This document shows positions 10,061-21,138 of a stretch of DNA of 64,000 bases, piece by piece. The notes beneath the pieces were generated by a model. That model made no database searches and was not told where the DNA came from. It was given only the letters and a program-made list of their open reading frames with translations. This DNA is from Desulfobacterales bacterium. GTDB lineage: Bacteria > Desulfobacterota > Desulfobacteria > Desulfobacterales > UBA2174. Positions within the stretch are counted from its first letter, which is position 1; the number at the start of each line of letters is the position of its first letter. The stretch covers positions 992,001 to 1,056,000 of the forward strand of contig CAXXWC010000021.1 in NCBI GenBank assembly GCA_963668645.2. Direction: 5' to 3'. A program made the position numbers and the translations under genes.

Positions 10061-11229
10061 GGCAGTCCGTGGCGACCGAGGGCTTCCATAAAGGGATCCG
10101 GGTCGAATTGTTCCATATTGAAGACCCCCTGGCCGCGCCAGCGCCCGGTGAGCATCATCATGGCCCCGATCATGGCCGGCACCCCGGTGGTGTAGGAAAT
10201 GGCCTGGGCTCCGGTCTCGGCAAAGGCTTGCTGGTGATCGCAGACGTTGTACACGTAATAGCGCTTGGCCCGGCCGTCCTTGACACCCCGGATAAAACAG
10301 CCGATGCAGGTCTTGCCCCGGGTCTTGGGCCCCAGGCTGGACGGATCGGGCAGCAGTGCCTTGAGAAACTGGAGGGGTACGATCTTCGTTCCACCGAAGT
10401 CCACCGGGTCGATGCGCGTCATGCCCACGTTGCCGAGCACCTCCAGGTGCTTGAGGTAGCTGTCGCCGAAGGTCATCCAGAAGCGGGCGCGCTTGAGTCC
10501 CGGCAGGTTGAGCACCAGTGATTCAAGTTCCTCGTGGTACATCAGGTAGCACTTTTTGGGACCGATCCCTTCGGGAAAATCGTAGCTCATGGACCAGGCC
10601 AGCGGATCGGTTTCGATCCATTCGCCGCGGTCCCAGTAGCGGCCCCGGGCCGTGACCTCGCGGATGTTGATCTCCGGGTTGAAGTTGGTGGCAAAGGGCT
10701 GGCCATGGTCGCCGGCGTTGCAATCGATGATGTCCAGTTCGTGAACCTCGTCGAAGTGGTGCTTGACCGCATGGGCGCAAAAGACGTTGGTCACCCCCGG
10801 ATCGAATCCGCTGCCCAGCAGGGCCATGATCCCCCGCTGGCGGAAACGCTCCTGGTAGGCCCACTGCCACTTGTACTCGAACTTGGCCAGATCCGGCGGC
10901 TCGTAGTTGGCCGTGTCCATATAATCCACCCCGCATTCCAGGCAGGCGTCCATGATGGATAGATCCTGATACGGCAAGGCCAGATTGACCACCAAAGCCG
11001 GTTCAAAAGCGCGGATCAGTTGCGCCACGGCCGCAAGATCGTCCGCATCGATTTTGGCCGTTTCCACGCGCTGCCCGCTGCGGCGCTGCACATCGGCGGC
11101 GATGGCCTCGCATTTTTCCACCGTGCGGCTGGCAAGCAGTATCTTTGAAAACACCTCGGGCACCTGGGCACACTTGTGTACCGCGACATTGGACACGCCG
11201 CCGGCGCCGATGATTAACACTTTAGCCAT
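10033..11229 (-). CDS. carboxynorspermidine dehydrogenase/synthase (saccharopine dehydrogenase family)
   Basis: IIGAGGV, NLALPYQDL, YMDTANYE, GSGFDPG, FATNFNPEINIRE, SYTTGVPAM. Overlaps the nspC start. AGGAG RBS before ATG 11229. Confidence 0.9.
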
Positions 11230-11456
11230 ACGAGACTCCTCTGTCTGGGATGGTGATACCGGGTGAATACGACCCCGAATACCCAAGACCATACCCTATT
11301 TCAAAAGCCGTGCAAAGATAATGGACAGCCGCTGCAAAATGGCTTAAAAAATTTGTTTCCTCGTTTAGAGGCGGAACCCTTCGCGCTGGAAAGCGCCGGC
11401 GCCCGAGAAAAGTTATGCTCAGCCTCTCAACCTTTGCCCATGCGGCCATCGCCTCG

Positions 11457-12521
11457 ATGAACCTGAACCTGCTGGAGCTGACCTTTGATCAACTGACCGC
11501 CGCCTTGCAGCGCGAATACGGGCGCGGTGCCTACCACGGCGCCGCACTGATGCGCGAGTTCTACGGCCGCGGCAATCCCAAGGCCTACGAGGCGCCGGAG
11601 GTGCAGGCCTCGAAAGACCTCGCCCGGCGCCTGCACCTCGATCTGGCGCCGGTGCCGGGAGCGGTGGTCAAGGAAACCGAAAGCCAGGGGGTGGTCAAGT
11701 TCGTCACCCGCTTCGAAGACGGCGGCACCGTCGAATCGGTAGTCTTGCCCATGGCCACCCACGCCACGGTGTGCGTCTCGAGCCAGGTCGGATGCCGCAT
11801 GGGATGCCGGTTTTGCGAAACGGCACGCATGGGGTGGCAGCGCAACCTTAGCCCGGCCGAGATCACGGGCCAGGTCTGGACCGCCCGGCGCCGCTTCGGC
11901 GCCCGGGTGCGCAACGTGGTCTTCATGGGCATGGGCGAACCCCTGGACAATTTTTCAGCCGTGGAGCAGGCCATACGTGTCCTCAACGATCAGCGGGGGC
12001 TGGACGTGGCGCTTCGCCATATGACGGTTTCCACCTGCGGCCTGGCCGACGGGATTCACCGGCTGGCCGCCCTGGGGTTTCCCCACCTCAAGCTGGCCGT
12101 TTCCCTCAATGCGGCCGACGACCGCCTGCGCGATTGGCTCATGCCGGTCAATCGCCGCTTTCCTCTGGCGCACCTCAAAGAGGCTCTGGCCGCTTACCCG
12201 CTGGGCAAAGACGACGCCATCATGGCGGCCTATGTGCTGATTCCAGGGATCAATGACCGGTCCGGGGACGCCGCAGCGGTGGCCCGCTTCCTGGCGCCGC
12301 TGCGCTCGCGCATCAACCTGATCCCCTTCAACCCCGGCATCCGTCCCGAGTACCCGGCCCCCGGTGAGGAACAAATCGAGGCTTTCGCCCGCCTTTTGAC
12401 CGATGCCGGGGTCTTCGTCTGCCGGCGCAACACCAAGGGCCGGGATCTTATGGCGGCCTGCGGCCAGCTCGGCGGGCGCTCCGGCCGGCCACCGCAGCCC
12501 GGGCGCGCAGACTCAGGCTGA
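11457..12521 (+). CDS. rlmN: RlmN-family radical SAM RNA methyltransferase (possibly a divergent paralog)
   Basis: CVSSQVGCRMGCRFC, FMGMGEP, C-terminal AACGQL. Confidence 0.78.
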   Translation: MNLNLLELTFDQLTAALQREYGRGAYHGAALMREFYGRGNPKAYEAPEVQASKDLARRLHLDLAPVPGAVVKETESQGVVKFVTRFEDGGTVESVVLPMATHATVCVSSQVGCRMGCRFCETARMGWQRNLSPAEITGQVWTARRRFGARVRNVVFMGMGEPLDNFSAVEQAIRVLNDQRGLDVALRHMTVSTCGLADGIHRLAALGFPHLKLAVSLNAADDRLRDWLMPVNRRFPLAHLKEALAAYPLGKDDAIMAAYVLIPGINDRSGDAAAVARFLAPLRSRINLIPFNPGIRPEYPAPGEEQIEAFARLLTDAGVFVCRRNTKGRDLMAACGQLGGRSGRPPQPGRADSG

Positions 12522-12715
12522 GGCCGCCTGATTTTAAGCTACCCTGCCCAATTCGGGGTCCGCACTTCCGCCCCTTGGCCAAACCGGCAGATCCCGAATT
12601 CATCGAGAATCGCCGGGACGCGGCCCCCCTCCCTTGCCTAACGGCGCCGATCGGTATATGAAGGCAGGCATCCGGCCTCTCGGGGCCATGACCCATAGCC
12701 TCAAAGAGCCCTTTC

Positions 12716-14425
12716 ATGCCCAGATCCCCCAAGCCTTCCGGCATCGGCGGATTGGCCCGTTTCGGCGCCATTCTGCGTGTTTTGGTGCGTCACGGCTTCG
12801 GCAGCCTCCTGGACCGCATCGGCGCCCGAACCGGGGTCGATTCATCCCGGTCCGGCACCGAGACCCCGCCCCGGCGCGGCTTTCCCACCCCCATCCGCCT
12901 GCGCCGGGCACTGGAAGAGCTCGGCCCCAGCTTCATCAAGCTGGGCCAGATGCTCAGTTTGCGGGGCGATCTGATTCCCCTGGCCTATGTCGAGGAACTG
13001 CGCAAGCTTCAGGACCAGGTGTCCCCTATCCCTTTTGCCCAAATCCGCCGCACCATCGAAACAGAACTTGAAAAGCCTTTGAGCGAGGTCTGGGAGACGC
13101 TGGACGAGACGGCCATGGCGGCCGCTTCGGTGGCCCAGGTCCATCTTGGACGGCTCCGCGACGGCACCCGGGTGGCGGTCAAAGTGATCCGGCCGGGCAT
13201 CACCAAGCATATCCGTGAAGACATCGGCCTGATGTATTACTTTGCCGAAAGGCTCGAACGCCACTTCGAGTTCGGCCGCATCATAGGCGCCACAAATGTG
13301 GTGCGCGAGTTCGAACGCACGATTTTCCGAGAACTGGATATGTTCATCGAAGCGGGTAGCATCGAAAAATTCGGTGCCAACTTCGCCGGTTCCACCGAAA
13401 TCGTCATCCCCGAGGTTTATTGGGACTTTACCACCCGCAGCGTCCTGGTGATGACATGCATGGACGGGATCAAGATGGACCGGGTGGCCGAACTGAAGGC
13501 CGCCGGTCTCGATCCCAAGCGGGTGGCGCGCATCGGGTTGCGCGGGCTCTCACGCCAGTTGATGGAATTCGGCTTCTTTCACGCCGACCCCCACCCGGCC
13601 AACACCATCGTTTTGGCCGACGGGCGGGTCAGCCTGGTCGATTTCGGGATCACCGGATACCTGGACGACGAAACCATGCGCCAGTTGGCGCATCTTTTCC
13701 TCGGCTACGCCGAGCGCGACTACGAGCAGGTGATGGACGCCCTGCTGGAAGCCGGCCTGATCAACGAAGAGATGGACCTGGCGGCCTTTAAAGCCGATCT
13801 GAAGGACATGAGCGAGGTCTTTTACGGCCGGTCGCTGGCCACCATCTCGGTCAAGGATGTCTACGACCAGGTGATGGACCTGGCCTTCAAATACAAGATC
13901 CGGTTTCCGCGCAACCTCCTGCTGCTCTTCAAGACCCTGATCCAGACAGAAGCCCTGGGCAAGATCCTCGGATCGGACGCCAGCTTACTCGAGTTCACCA
14001 GGCCGTACGCCCGCCGTCTGCTGCGCCGTGAAATGCACGCCGAAAGGCTGTGGCGCACCATCGGCCGGGACGGCCGGCTTCTGACCCGCACCCTGCGCCG
14101 GATGCCCCGGCATCTGGACACCATCGTACGCAACACCGCCGCCGGCCGCCAAGCCCTGGCCCTGCGCCACAGCGGCTTCGAGAATCTTTACGGGAAGCTG
14201 GAAAAAGGGATCAACCGGCTGACCATCGGGCTGATCATCTCGGCCTCGACCATTGCCGCGGCCCTGATCCTCAACAGCGGCCAGCAGGTGCTGGAGTTCA
14301 GCGTCGATTTCTTCGGCCCCCAGTCCCTCTCCTTGACCGGAATCCTGGGCCTGACCGGCTACACCATCGCCACCGTGCTGGGGGTTTGGCTGATCGTGTC
14401 GATTTTCCGTTCCGGACGCCTCTGA
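12716..14425 (+). CDS. ABC1/AarF/UbiB-family atypical kinase
   Basis: LGPSFIKLGQ, LQDQV, AAASVAQVH, VAVKV, FFHADPHPAN, LVDFG, two C-terminal TM segments. Confidence 0.88.
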   Translation: MPRSPKPSGIGGLARFGAILRVLVRHGFGSLLDRIGARTGVDSSRSGTETPPRRGFPTPIRLRRALEELGPSFIKLGQMLSLRGDLIPLAYVEELRKLQDQVSPIPFAQIRRTIETELEKPLSEVWETLDETAMAAASVAQVHLGRLRDGTRVAVKVIRPGITKHIREDIGLMYYFAERLERHFEFGRIIGATNVVREFERTIFRELDMFIEAGSIEKFGANFAGSTEIVIPEVYWDFTTRSVLVMTCMDGIKMDRVAELKAAGLDPKRVARIGLRGLSRQLMEFGFFHADPHPANTIVLADGRVSLVDFGITGYLDDETMRQLAHLFLGYAERDYEQVMDALLEAGLINEEMDLAAFKADLKDMSEVFYGRSLATISVKDVYDQVMDLAFKYKIRFPRNLLLLFKTLIQTEALGKILGSDASLLEFTRPYARRLLRREMHAERLWRTIGRDGRLLTRTLRRMPRHLDTIVRNTAAGRQALALRHSGFENLYGKLEKGINRLTIGLIISASTIAAALILNSGQQVLEFSVDFFGPQSLSLTGILGLTGYTIATVLGVWLIVSIFRSGRL

Positions 14426-14547
14426 CACTTCAACGCTTTGCGGCCGGGCGCATCGGCCCGCCCGAGTCCCCCTTGCCAAAATCCAAACCGTTCTTACTCT
14501 GCCACGGCAAAAGTCGAGACCGTCAACCTTGAACCCATCGGAAGAAC

Positions 14548-16392
14548 ATGATGCCAGAATCAATTCGCAACAACGCGCTGCGCAACATCGCTATCATCGC
14601 CCATGTCGACCACGGCAAGACCACCCTGGTGGATGCCATGTTCCGCCAAAGCGGCCTGTTCCGCGAAAACCAGGCCGTGGATGAACGGGTCATGGACACC
14701 ATGGACCTGGAACGCGAACGGGGCATCACCATCGCGGCCAAAAACTGCTCGGTGCTCTGGAAAAAAGTGCGCATCAACATCATCGACACCCCGGGGCACG
14801 CCGACTTCGGCGGCGAGGTGGAGCGGGCCCTGTCCATGGTCGACGGGGCCATCTTGCTGGTGGACGCCTCGGAAGGCCCCCTGCCCCAGACCCGCTTCGT
14901 TCTCAAAAAGGCTCTCCAGGCCGGCCTGAAAATCATCGTCGTGATCAACAAGATCGACCGCCCCGACGCCCGCCCCGACCAGGTCCTGGACGAAATCTAC
15001 GACCTGCTCATCGACCTGGACGCCACGGACGAGCAGCTCGAGTTCCCCCTGCTTTACGCCATCGGCCGCCAGGGGATCGCCCAGCGCACCCTCGACGAAG
15101 CCGGCACCGACTTGCACATCCTGCTGGATACGATCATCGACAAGATTCCCGGTCCGTCCTACGATCCGGCGGCTCCTTTTCAGATGCGCGTCTCGGACCT
15201 GGGCTATTCGGACTATCTGGGGCGCCTGGCGGTGGGCAAGATCTTCAACGGCACCGTAGCGGCCCGCGACGCTCTGGTCTGCATCGGCCGGGATGGCACG
15301 GCCCAGCCCCTGAAAGTTTCCAAACTCCAGATCTATCAGGGCATCTCGCTGCAGGAGGTCGAAACGGCCCAGTCCGGCGACATCGTGGTCCTGGCCGGGA
15401 TCGAACGGGTCACCATCGGCGATACGATCTGCAACGCCCAGGCACCCCGGGCCCTGGAACGGATCCATGTCGACGCGCCAACGGTGTCGATGAAGTTCGT
15501 GTTCAGCGACTCGCCCTTTGCCGGCCGCGAGGGGCGCTACGTGCAGATGAGCCGCATCCGTGAACGGCTGTTGAAGGAGACCCTGCGCAACGTGGCCGTC
15601 CAGGTGGAGGCCGGAGAGGACAAGGAAAGTGTGCTGGTCAAAGGGCGCGGCGAATTTCAGCTCGCCATCCTCATCGAGACCATGCGCCGGGAAGGCTACG
15701 AGTTCTGCGTGGGGCGGCCCGAGGTGATCATGCACCATACGGACCAGGGTGTCCTGGAGCCCATCGAGCGGCTGCTGGTGGACTGTGAGGAGCGTTTTAT
15801 GGGCATCGTCACTGAAAAGCTCACCCTGCGCAAGGGACGGATGACCAATCTGGTCAACAATGGCAAAGGACGGGTGCGACTGGAGTTTTCCGTGCCCACC
15901 CGGGCCCTGATCGGCTACCGCGACGAGTTTCTCACCGACACCCGCGGCACCGGGATCATGCATGCGCGCTTCGAGGGCTACGAGGCCTACCGGGGCGACT
16001 GTCCCAGCCGCTTTACCGGTTCCATCGTGGCCGACCGGGACGGCGCGGCCGTGGCCTACGCCCTGTTCAACCTCGAACCCCGCGGGCGGCTCTTTATCGT
16101 GCCCGGCACCCCGGTCTACGAAGGCATGATCATCGGCGAGCACAACCGCGGCCGCGACATCGATGTCAACCCGTGCAAAGAAAAAAAGCTCACCAACATG
16201 CGCGCCGCGGGCAAGGACGACAATGTGCTGCTCTCGCCGGTGGCGTCTTTGACCCTCGAACAGGTTATCGCCTTTATCCGAGAAGACGAACTGGTGGAGG
16301 TCACCCCCCTCTCCATACGGCTGCGCAAGATGCATCTGTCGGCCGACAAGCGCCAAAAGGCCTTCCGGGCCAAACGCAAGGCCGAGGTCTGA
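14548..16392 (+). CDS. typA: translational GTPase TypA/BipA
   Basis: [59 protein letters not shown]. Confidence 0.97.
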   Translation: MMPESIRNNALRNIAIIAHVDHGKTTLVDAMFRQSGLFRENQAVDERVMDTMDLERERGITIAAKNCSVLWKKVRINIIDTPGHADFGGEVERALSMVDGAILLVDASEGPLPQTRFVLKKALQAGLKIIVVINKIDRPDARPDQVLDEIYDLLIDLDATDEQLEFPLLYAIGRQGIAQRTLDEAGTDLHILLDTIIDKIPGPSYDPAAPFQMRVSDLGYSDYLGRLAVGKIFNGTVAARDALVCIGRDGTAQPLKVSKLQIYQGISLQEVETAQSGDIVVLAGIERVTIGDTICNAQAPRALERIHVDAPTVSMKFVFSDSPFAGREGRYVQMSRIRERLLKETLRNVAVQVEAGEDKESVLVKGRGEFQLAILIETMRREGYEFCVGRPEVIMHHTDQGVLEPIERLLVDCEERFMGIVTEKLTLRKGRMTNLVNNGKGRVRLEFSVPTRALIGYRDEFLTDTRGTGIMHARFEGYEAYRGDCPSRFTGSIVADRDGAAVAYALFNLEPRGRLFIVPGTPVYEGMIIGEHNRGRDIDVNPCKEKKLTNMRAAGKDDNVLLSPVASLTLEQVIAFIREDELVEVTPLSIRLRKMHLSADKRQKAFRAKRKAEV

Positions 16393-16445
16393 AAATCGCC
16401 GGTCCCGTGTAGTAAGGCCGGTCCGGCAAGCTGGAGCCAGGTCAT

Positions 16446-17171
16446 TCAGTCATCCAGATGCGCTGCGATGGCTTGGCGCAGACGTTCGCCCGTCTCCTCG
16501 ACGCTCAGGTCTTTGAAGCTTTCGAAAGGCACCGGGTCAAGCACTTCGATGCGGATATGATGCCGTCCGTGGAAGTTGAGGCTGTACTTGGGCAGGGCCT
16601 TGCGGGTGCCGTGGATCACCACCGGCAGGATCGGCAGGCGCAGGCGGTGGGCCAGGATAAAGGCCCCGGGTTTGAAAGGCCTGAGTTCCCCGGTGGCCGA
16701 GCGGGTCCCTTCCGGGAAGAAGAATACCGAACTGCCGGAACGCAGGGCCCGCTCGCAGGCTGCCATCATGCGCTGGACGCTCTGCTTGTCGCCCCGGCGC
16801 AAGCGGATATAGCCATTGAGCACCATGTTCCAGCCGATGAAGGGGATCCGGAAGACTTCGGCCTTGGAAACCCACTTGAATGGGAAAAAGAGGCGAAAGG
16901 CGGCCAGGATGTCGAGCTGGCTCTGGTGGTTGGAGACGATGATGTAGGTCTGCCGCGGATCGATGCGCTCGCGACCGGTCAAGGAAAGCCGCCAGGCCGG
17001 CATGGTCCAGATATAGAGGCAGGCCCAGAAGGAGGTGAACATGTGCAGCGCCACCCGGCGCCGGTCGAAGGAGGCCGTAACGAGCCGGATGGCCAGAGCC
17101 ACGACGAAGAGCAGGGCCGAGGACAGCCCCATGTAAAACAGAAAGAAGGCGGCGATCAGTCGGTTCAGCAT
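16446..17171 (-). CDS. 1-acyl-sn-glycerol-3-phosphate acyltransferase (PlsC family)
   Basis: NHQSQLD (HX4D), FPEGTRS, FKPGAF. Confidence 0.88.
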   Translation of the reverse strand: MLNRLIAAFFLFYMGLSSALLFVVALAIRLVTASFDRRRVALHMFTSFWACLYIWTMPAWRLSLTGRERIDPRQTYIIVSNHQSQLDILAAFRLFFPFKWVSKAEVFRIPFIGWNMVLNGYIRLRRGDKQSVQRMMAACERALRSGSSVFFFPEGTRSATGELRPFKPGAFILAHRLRLPILPVVIHGTRKALPKYSLNFHGRHHIRIEVLDPVPFESFKDLSVEETGERLRQAIAAHLDD

Positions 17172-17327
17172 CGGTCCGTCGACGTTGCGGTTATCCTCGG
17201 GCAGCGGGAAAAAGGGCTGCGGAGCGCTCGGCTTCAGCATCCAGGCGGATCGCTGCAGCCCTTGCCTGGGTCGGTGGAAAGCCGTTGTGCAGGATGCCCC
17301 GCCCCACGCTAGGGCAGGGCTCGCGGC

Positions 17328-18949
17328 TCAGGCCTCGCACTCGACCGGCATCGCCGGCCCGATGGTCTCGGCGAATTCGAGCGGCGTGATGCTCTGGACC
17401 AACGGCAGGTCACGGATCGCCTGCAGGGCTTCGGCCGGGATCTGGGTACTGGTCTTCATAAAGATGATGTTGTGCTCCCCGCTGGCGTCCTGGCCCACCT
17501 GCATCTGGTCGATATTTACGCCGAAGCGGCCCAGGGTGGTGCCGATGCTGCCGATGGCCCCGGCTTGTCCTGGTTGTAGATCAGCGCCAGATGGCCGCAG
17601 GGAATCAGTTCGAGGCGGAAGTTGTTGATGCGCACCACCCGCGGGTCGTTCTTGCCGAAAAGCGTTCCGGCCACCGTGTTGCGCATCTCGGTGCTCACCA
17701 CGGTGACGGTGACCAGGCTCAGGAAGATATCGCTCTCGGAGCTGGTGCTTTCCGCCACCCGGATCCCGCGCTCCTTGGCGATGGACTGGGCGTTGACGAA
17801 GTTGACGTCGTCCTTGACCTCCTTGGTCAGCAGCCCCTTCAAGATGGCGATGGAAACCGGAGAAAGATCCAACCCCTTGAAGTCTCCGGCGTACTCGATG
17901 ATCACTTCCTTGACCGGACCACGCACCAACTGGCCCTGAAGGCATCCGATCTGCTCGCCAATGCTCAGATAGGGGCCGATCTTTTGCAGCAGTTCGCCAG
18001 TGACCGAGGGTGCGTTGACCGCGTTGATAATGGTGCCGGTTTTCAAATAGGCGATGATCTGTTCGGCCACAGCCACGGCCACATTGGTCTGGGCCTCGCG
18101 GGTCGAGGCGCCCAGGTGGGGCGTGCCGATGACCCGCGGCAGTTTGAACAGCGGCGAGTCGCCCGGAGGCTCGGTCTCGAAAACATCCAGGGCCGCGCCG
18201 GCCACCTTGCCCGAGGCCAGCGCCTCGACCAGGTCCTTTTCCACCACCAGCCCACCCCGGGCGCAGTTGATCAGCATCACCCCGTCCTTCATCCTGGCAA
18301 AGGCGGCCGCATCGATCATTCCCAGGGTGTCCTTGAGTTTGGGCACATGAATGGTGATGTAGTCAGCCCGGGCATAAAGGTCGTCCAGGCTCACGGCTTC
18401 AAAGCCGGCCTTTTCGATCTGCTCGGGGGTGACGAACGGATCGTAGACGATCACCTGCATCTTCAGGCCCCGGGCCCGGTCGGCGACAATGGAACCGATC
18501 TTGCCCATCCCGATGACACCCAGCACCTTGTTGTACAACTCCCGGCCCTGGAGCTTCTTTTTGTCCCAGCGCCCTTCGCGTAGCGAAAGGGTCCCGTCGG
18601 GGATATTGCGCGAAAGAGCCATCATCATGGCGATGGCGTGTTCGGCGGTGGTGATGGCGTTGCCCCCCGGGGTGTTCATCACGATCACCCCGCGCTTGGT
18701 GGCCGCGCTGATATCCACGTTGTCCAGGCCGATCCCGGCCCTTCCCACCACCTTCAGCTTCTTGGCGGCCGCCAGCAGCTCCGCCGTCACCTTGGTGGCG
18801 CTGCGGATCGCCAGGGCGTCGTAGTCGCCGATGATCGCCTTGAGGGCCTCGGGATCGAGGCCGGTTTTCACGTCGACTTCGATCCCTCCGGCATTGCGGA
18901 ACATTTCAACCCCGATGTTCTCCAGATTGTCGCTGACCAGAACTTTCAT
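17328..18949 (-). pseudogene. serA: D-3-phosphoglycerate dehydrogenase with a 1-nt frameshift before the ACT domain (sequencing error or true truncation; catalytic domains intact)
   Basis: RSATKV, GRAGIGLDNVD, GMGKIG, NCARGG, PHLGAST in ORF 18949-17516. The ACT-domain continuation (GAIGSIGTTLGRFGVNIDQMQVG...) lies in another frame ending at 17328. The frames join at a G4 run (plus 17558-17561). Confidence 0.88.
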
Positions 18950-19156
18950 CTCTCCCCCTCTGATTGGCTGAAGGCATGACCGCGCACCGGCCGTGCCGGA
19001 TCGTGTAAAAAAGCAACGTTTTAATAAGTCTTATCCACGGAACCTTGTCAAGCGGTTCCCGCAACAAACGTTCTTCGGGCACGGATGGCAGGCGCAACAA
19101 TTCAATTTTCGGCTCTCACCACAAGGTCACAGCGGCTTGGGCCATTTGACAAATCT

Positions 19157-20728
19157 TCAGGTTTTGGGGTGCCAGCGCGCCTTGATTCGCCCCCATAGGC
19201 TGTCTATCTCCGCAATCCCCAAAAGACGTCCGCCCACCGCGAGCAGAACGACAAATACCAGCCCCAGGATGGCGGCCAGCGCCATACTGCGTGCCAGAGT
19301 GGCCGGACCGCCGGCAGCCCGCAGCACGCGCCCCAGCCCTTCGAGCACCGGTGCTATTACCAGGCTCAACAGGGTCACCCGGCCATAGCAGCGATAGACT
19401 CCCGCCTGCCAGCGATTGGCGCTTTGGCGGTTCCACAAGACATAGAGAAGCCCCACCTGCAGCAAAGCCGACAGCGACAGGGCCAGGGCGACTCCGGCGG
19501 CCTGCATCAGCCGCATGCCCAGCAGATAGAAGGGGATGCTGATCATTACGGTCAAGGTGCCGAAAACAGCCGGCAACAGTGTGTTTTGCCGGGCGTAAAA
19601 GCCGCGCACCACCACGGTCTGGGCCGCGAAGGCCACCGCACCCACCAGCAGGTAAGGCAGTAAACTGGCGGTCAGATCGGTGGCGGCCGCATCGAAGCGC
19701 CCCCGCTGAAACAGGATCATCACCACCTCGTGGCGCAGAACCATGAGCCAAACGGCAAAGGGAAGCACCAGGGCCAGATGCCGCAGGGCCTGGGCCATCA
19801 GGCGGTTCAATTCATCCAGGCGGCCTTCGCCGGCCAGCCTGGCCATGAAGGGGAAAGCCGCCACCCCCACCGCCTGGCCGAAAATCCCCACCAGCATCAG
19901 CATGATGCGCAGGCCGTAGTTGAGGGCCGCAATCCCGCCCCGCGGCAGATAGGAGCCGAAAAACTTGAGAAAAAACTCGGTGGCGAACATCATGGTCAGC
20001 CCGAACATGAGCGGCAGGGTCAAGCGCAGATAGCGGCCCACGTCCGGGTGGCGCCAACTGCAGCCGCGTACCAGCCGCAACCCGACCCGCCGCGCGCCCC
20101 AGTACTGGAGGAGGAAATTGCCGGCAAAAGCCCCGCCCAGCACGCCCCAGGCGAATCCTTGCATGCCCAGGCCGCCCGCCATCAACAGCCCTCCGGCAAT
20201 GATGCCCAGGTTGTAGATCAGCGGGGCCAGGGCCGGGATCAAGAACCGCTCGCGGGCGAACTGCACGGCGGTAAAAAGGCCCCCGGCAAAGAAGAAGAGC
20301 TGGGCCGGCAGGATGATGCGGGTCATGTGCACCGCCTCTACCAGCACCTCGTCTCCGGTCAGGCCCGGCGCGATGAGGCGCACCAGCAGCGGGCACCAGA
20401 TCTCGGCAACCAGGATCAACAGGGTTAGAAGCCCGCCGAAAAGCCCCAGGAGGGTCGAGAGCAGACGCCAGGCTTCAGCCTCGGCGTCACGCACCAGATA
20501 GCCGGTAAAAAGGGGAATGAAGGTCACCGAGAGAAACCCCGAAGCGACGATGTGATTGAGGATCTCGGGAACGACGAAGGCGACCTGGTAGGCATCCACC
20601 TGGGCACCGACCCCTCCGGCGTAGGCGATGGCCATTTCCCTGACCAGGCCGATCACCCGGCTGGCGAAAACCGATCCCATCATGATCAGCGAGGCCACGC
20701 CGACTTTACGCTGGAGGGATGAAATCAT
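19157..20728 (-). CDS. murJ: lipid II flippase MurJ/MviN
   Basis: SRVIGLVRE, DAYQVAF.VP, FIPLF, LFQRGRFD, RGFYARQNT, about 14 TM segments. Confidence 0.93.
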   Translation of the reverse strand: MISSLQRKVGVASLIMMGSVFASRVIGLVREMAIAYAGGVGAQVDAYQVAFVVPEILNHIVASGFLSVTFIPLFTGYLVRDAEAEAWRLLSTLLGLFGGLLTLLILVAEIWCPLLVRLIAPGLTGDEVLVEAVHMTRIILPAQLFFFAGGLFTAVQFARERFLIPALAPLIYNLGIIAGGLLMAGGLGMQGFAWGVLGGAFAGNFLLQYWGARRVGLRLVRGCSWRHPDVGRYLRLTLPLMFGLTMMFATEFFLKFFGSYLPRGGIAALNYGLRIMLMLVGIFGQAVGVAAFPFMARLAGEGRLDELNRLMAQALRHLALVLPFAVWLMVLRHEVVMILFQRGRFDAAATDLTASLLPYLLVGAVAFAAQTVVVRGFYARQNTLLPAVFGTLTVMISIPFYLLGMRLMQAAGVALALSLSALLQVGLLYVLWNRQSANRWQAGVYRCYGRVTLLSLVIAPVLEGLGRVLRAAGGPATLARSMALAAILGLVFVVLLAVGGRLLGIAEIDSLWGRIKARWHPKT

Positions 20729-21138
20729 CGCGCTGGTTCAGGTTGGTCGAGGGTTGATGCCATGGTGAAAAAGTGGATGCAATGGCCACAAAGCCGCCAG
20801 GGAAACAATGTAAAAAGAAAAGAAGGATTAGTCCGCATAGTATATCCAGTCAAGGGTTGACAGACCCGGCAATAAACCAGCGCATCATGGTATCAAAAGC
20901 CCGGCCCAAAGGCAAAACCGGCCGGGGGGTGACGGCAGTCACCAACCCCGTACCATCCAAAAGACCAAAACCCGCAAAAAGGCGAAAAAAGAAAGAGGCT
21001 TCCAGCGGGATACGGCAACCCGGGGATACCCCTCGGGCCTGAGTTTGCGCGCCCAGCAGCGGGACTGCCTGTGAGGCCCTGCCGTCTTTTCAAGCTGTTC
21101 CCAACAACCCGTGTTTCACCTGGAATTGCCTTTGGTTA

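Noticed and set aside
14560..16356. 598-aa antisense ORF over typA, and similar long shadow ORFs (8771-10195, 23499-25133, 31872-33500, 47013-48743, 57758-59476, 61076-62578)
   Set aside because: They mirror well-supported genes on the opposite strand, have no recognisable motifs, and are expected from high-GC codon bias.
17558..17561. Programmed ribosomal frameshift in serA
   Set aside because: No X XXY YYZ slippery heptamer is present; an indel is more parsimonious.
20911..21085. Possible c-di-GMP-I (GEMM) riboswitch (GGCAAA, GCGCAAA, GGGTTGCCG fragments)
   Set aside because: No GAAA tetraloop/receptor arrangement or GACGCAAAGC core in the right order; kept only as an unassigned structure.
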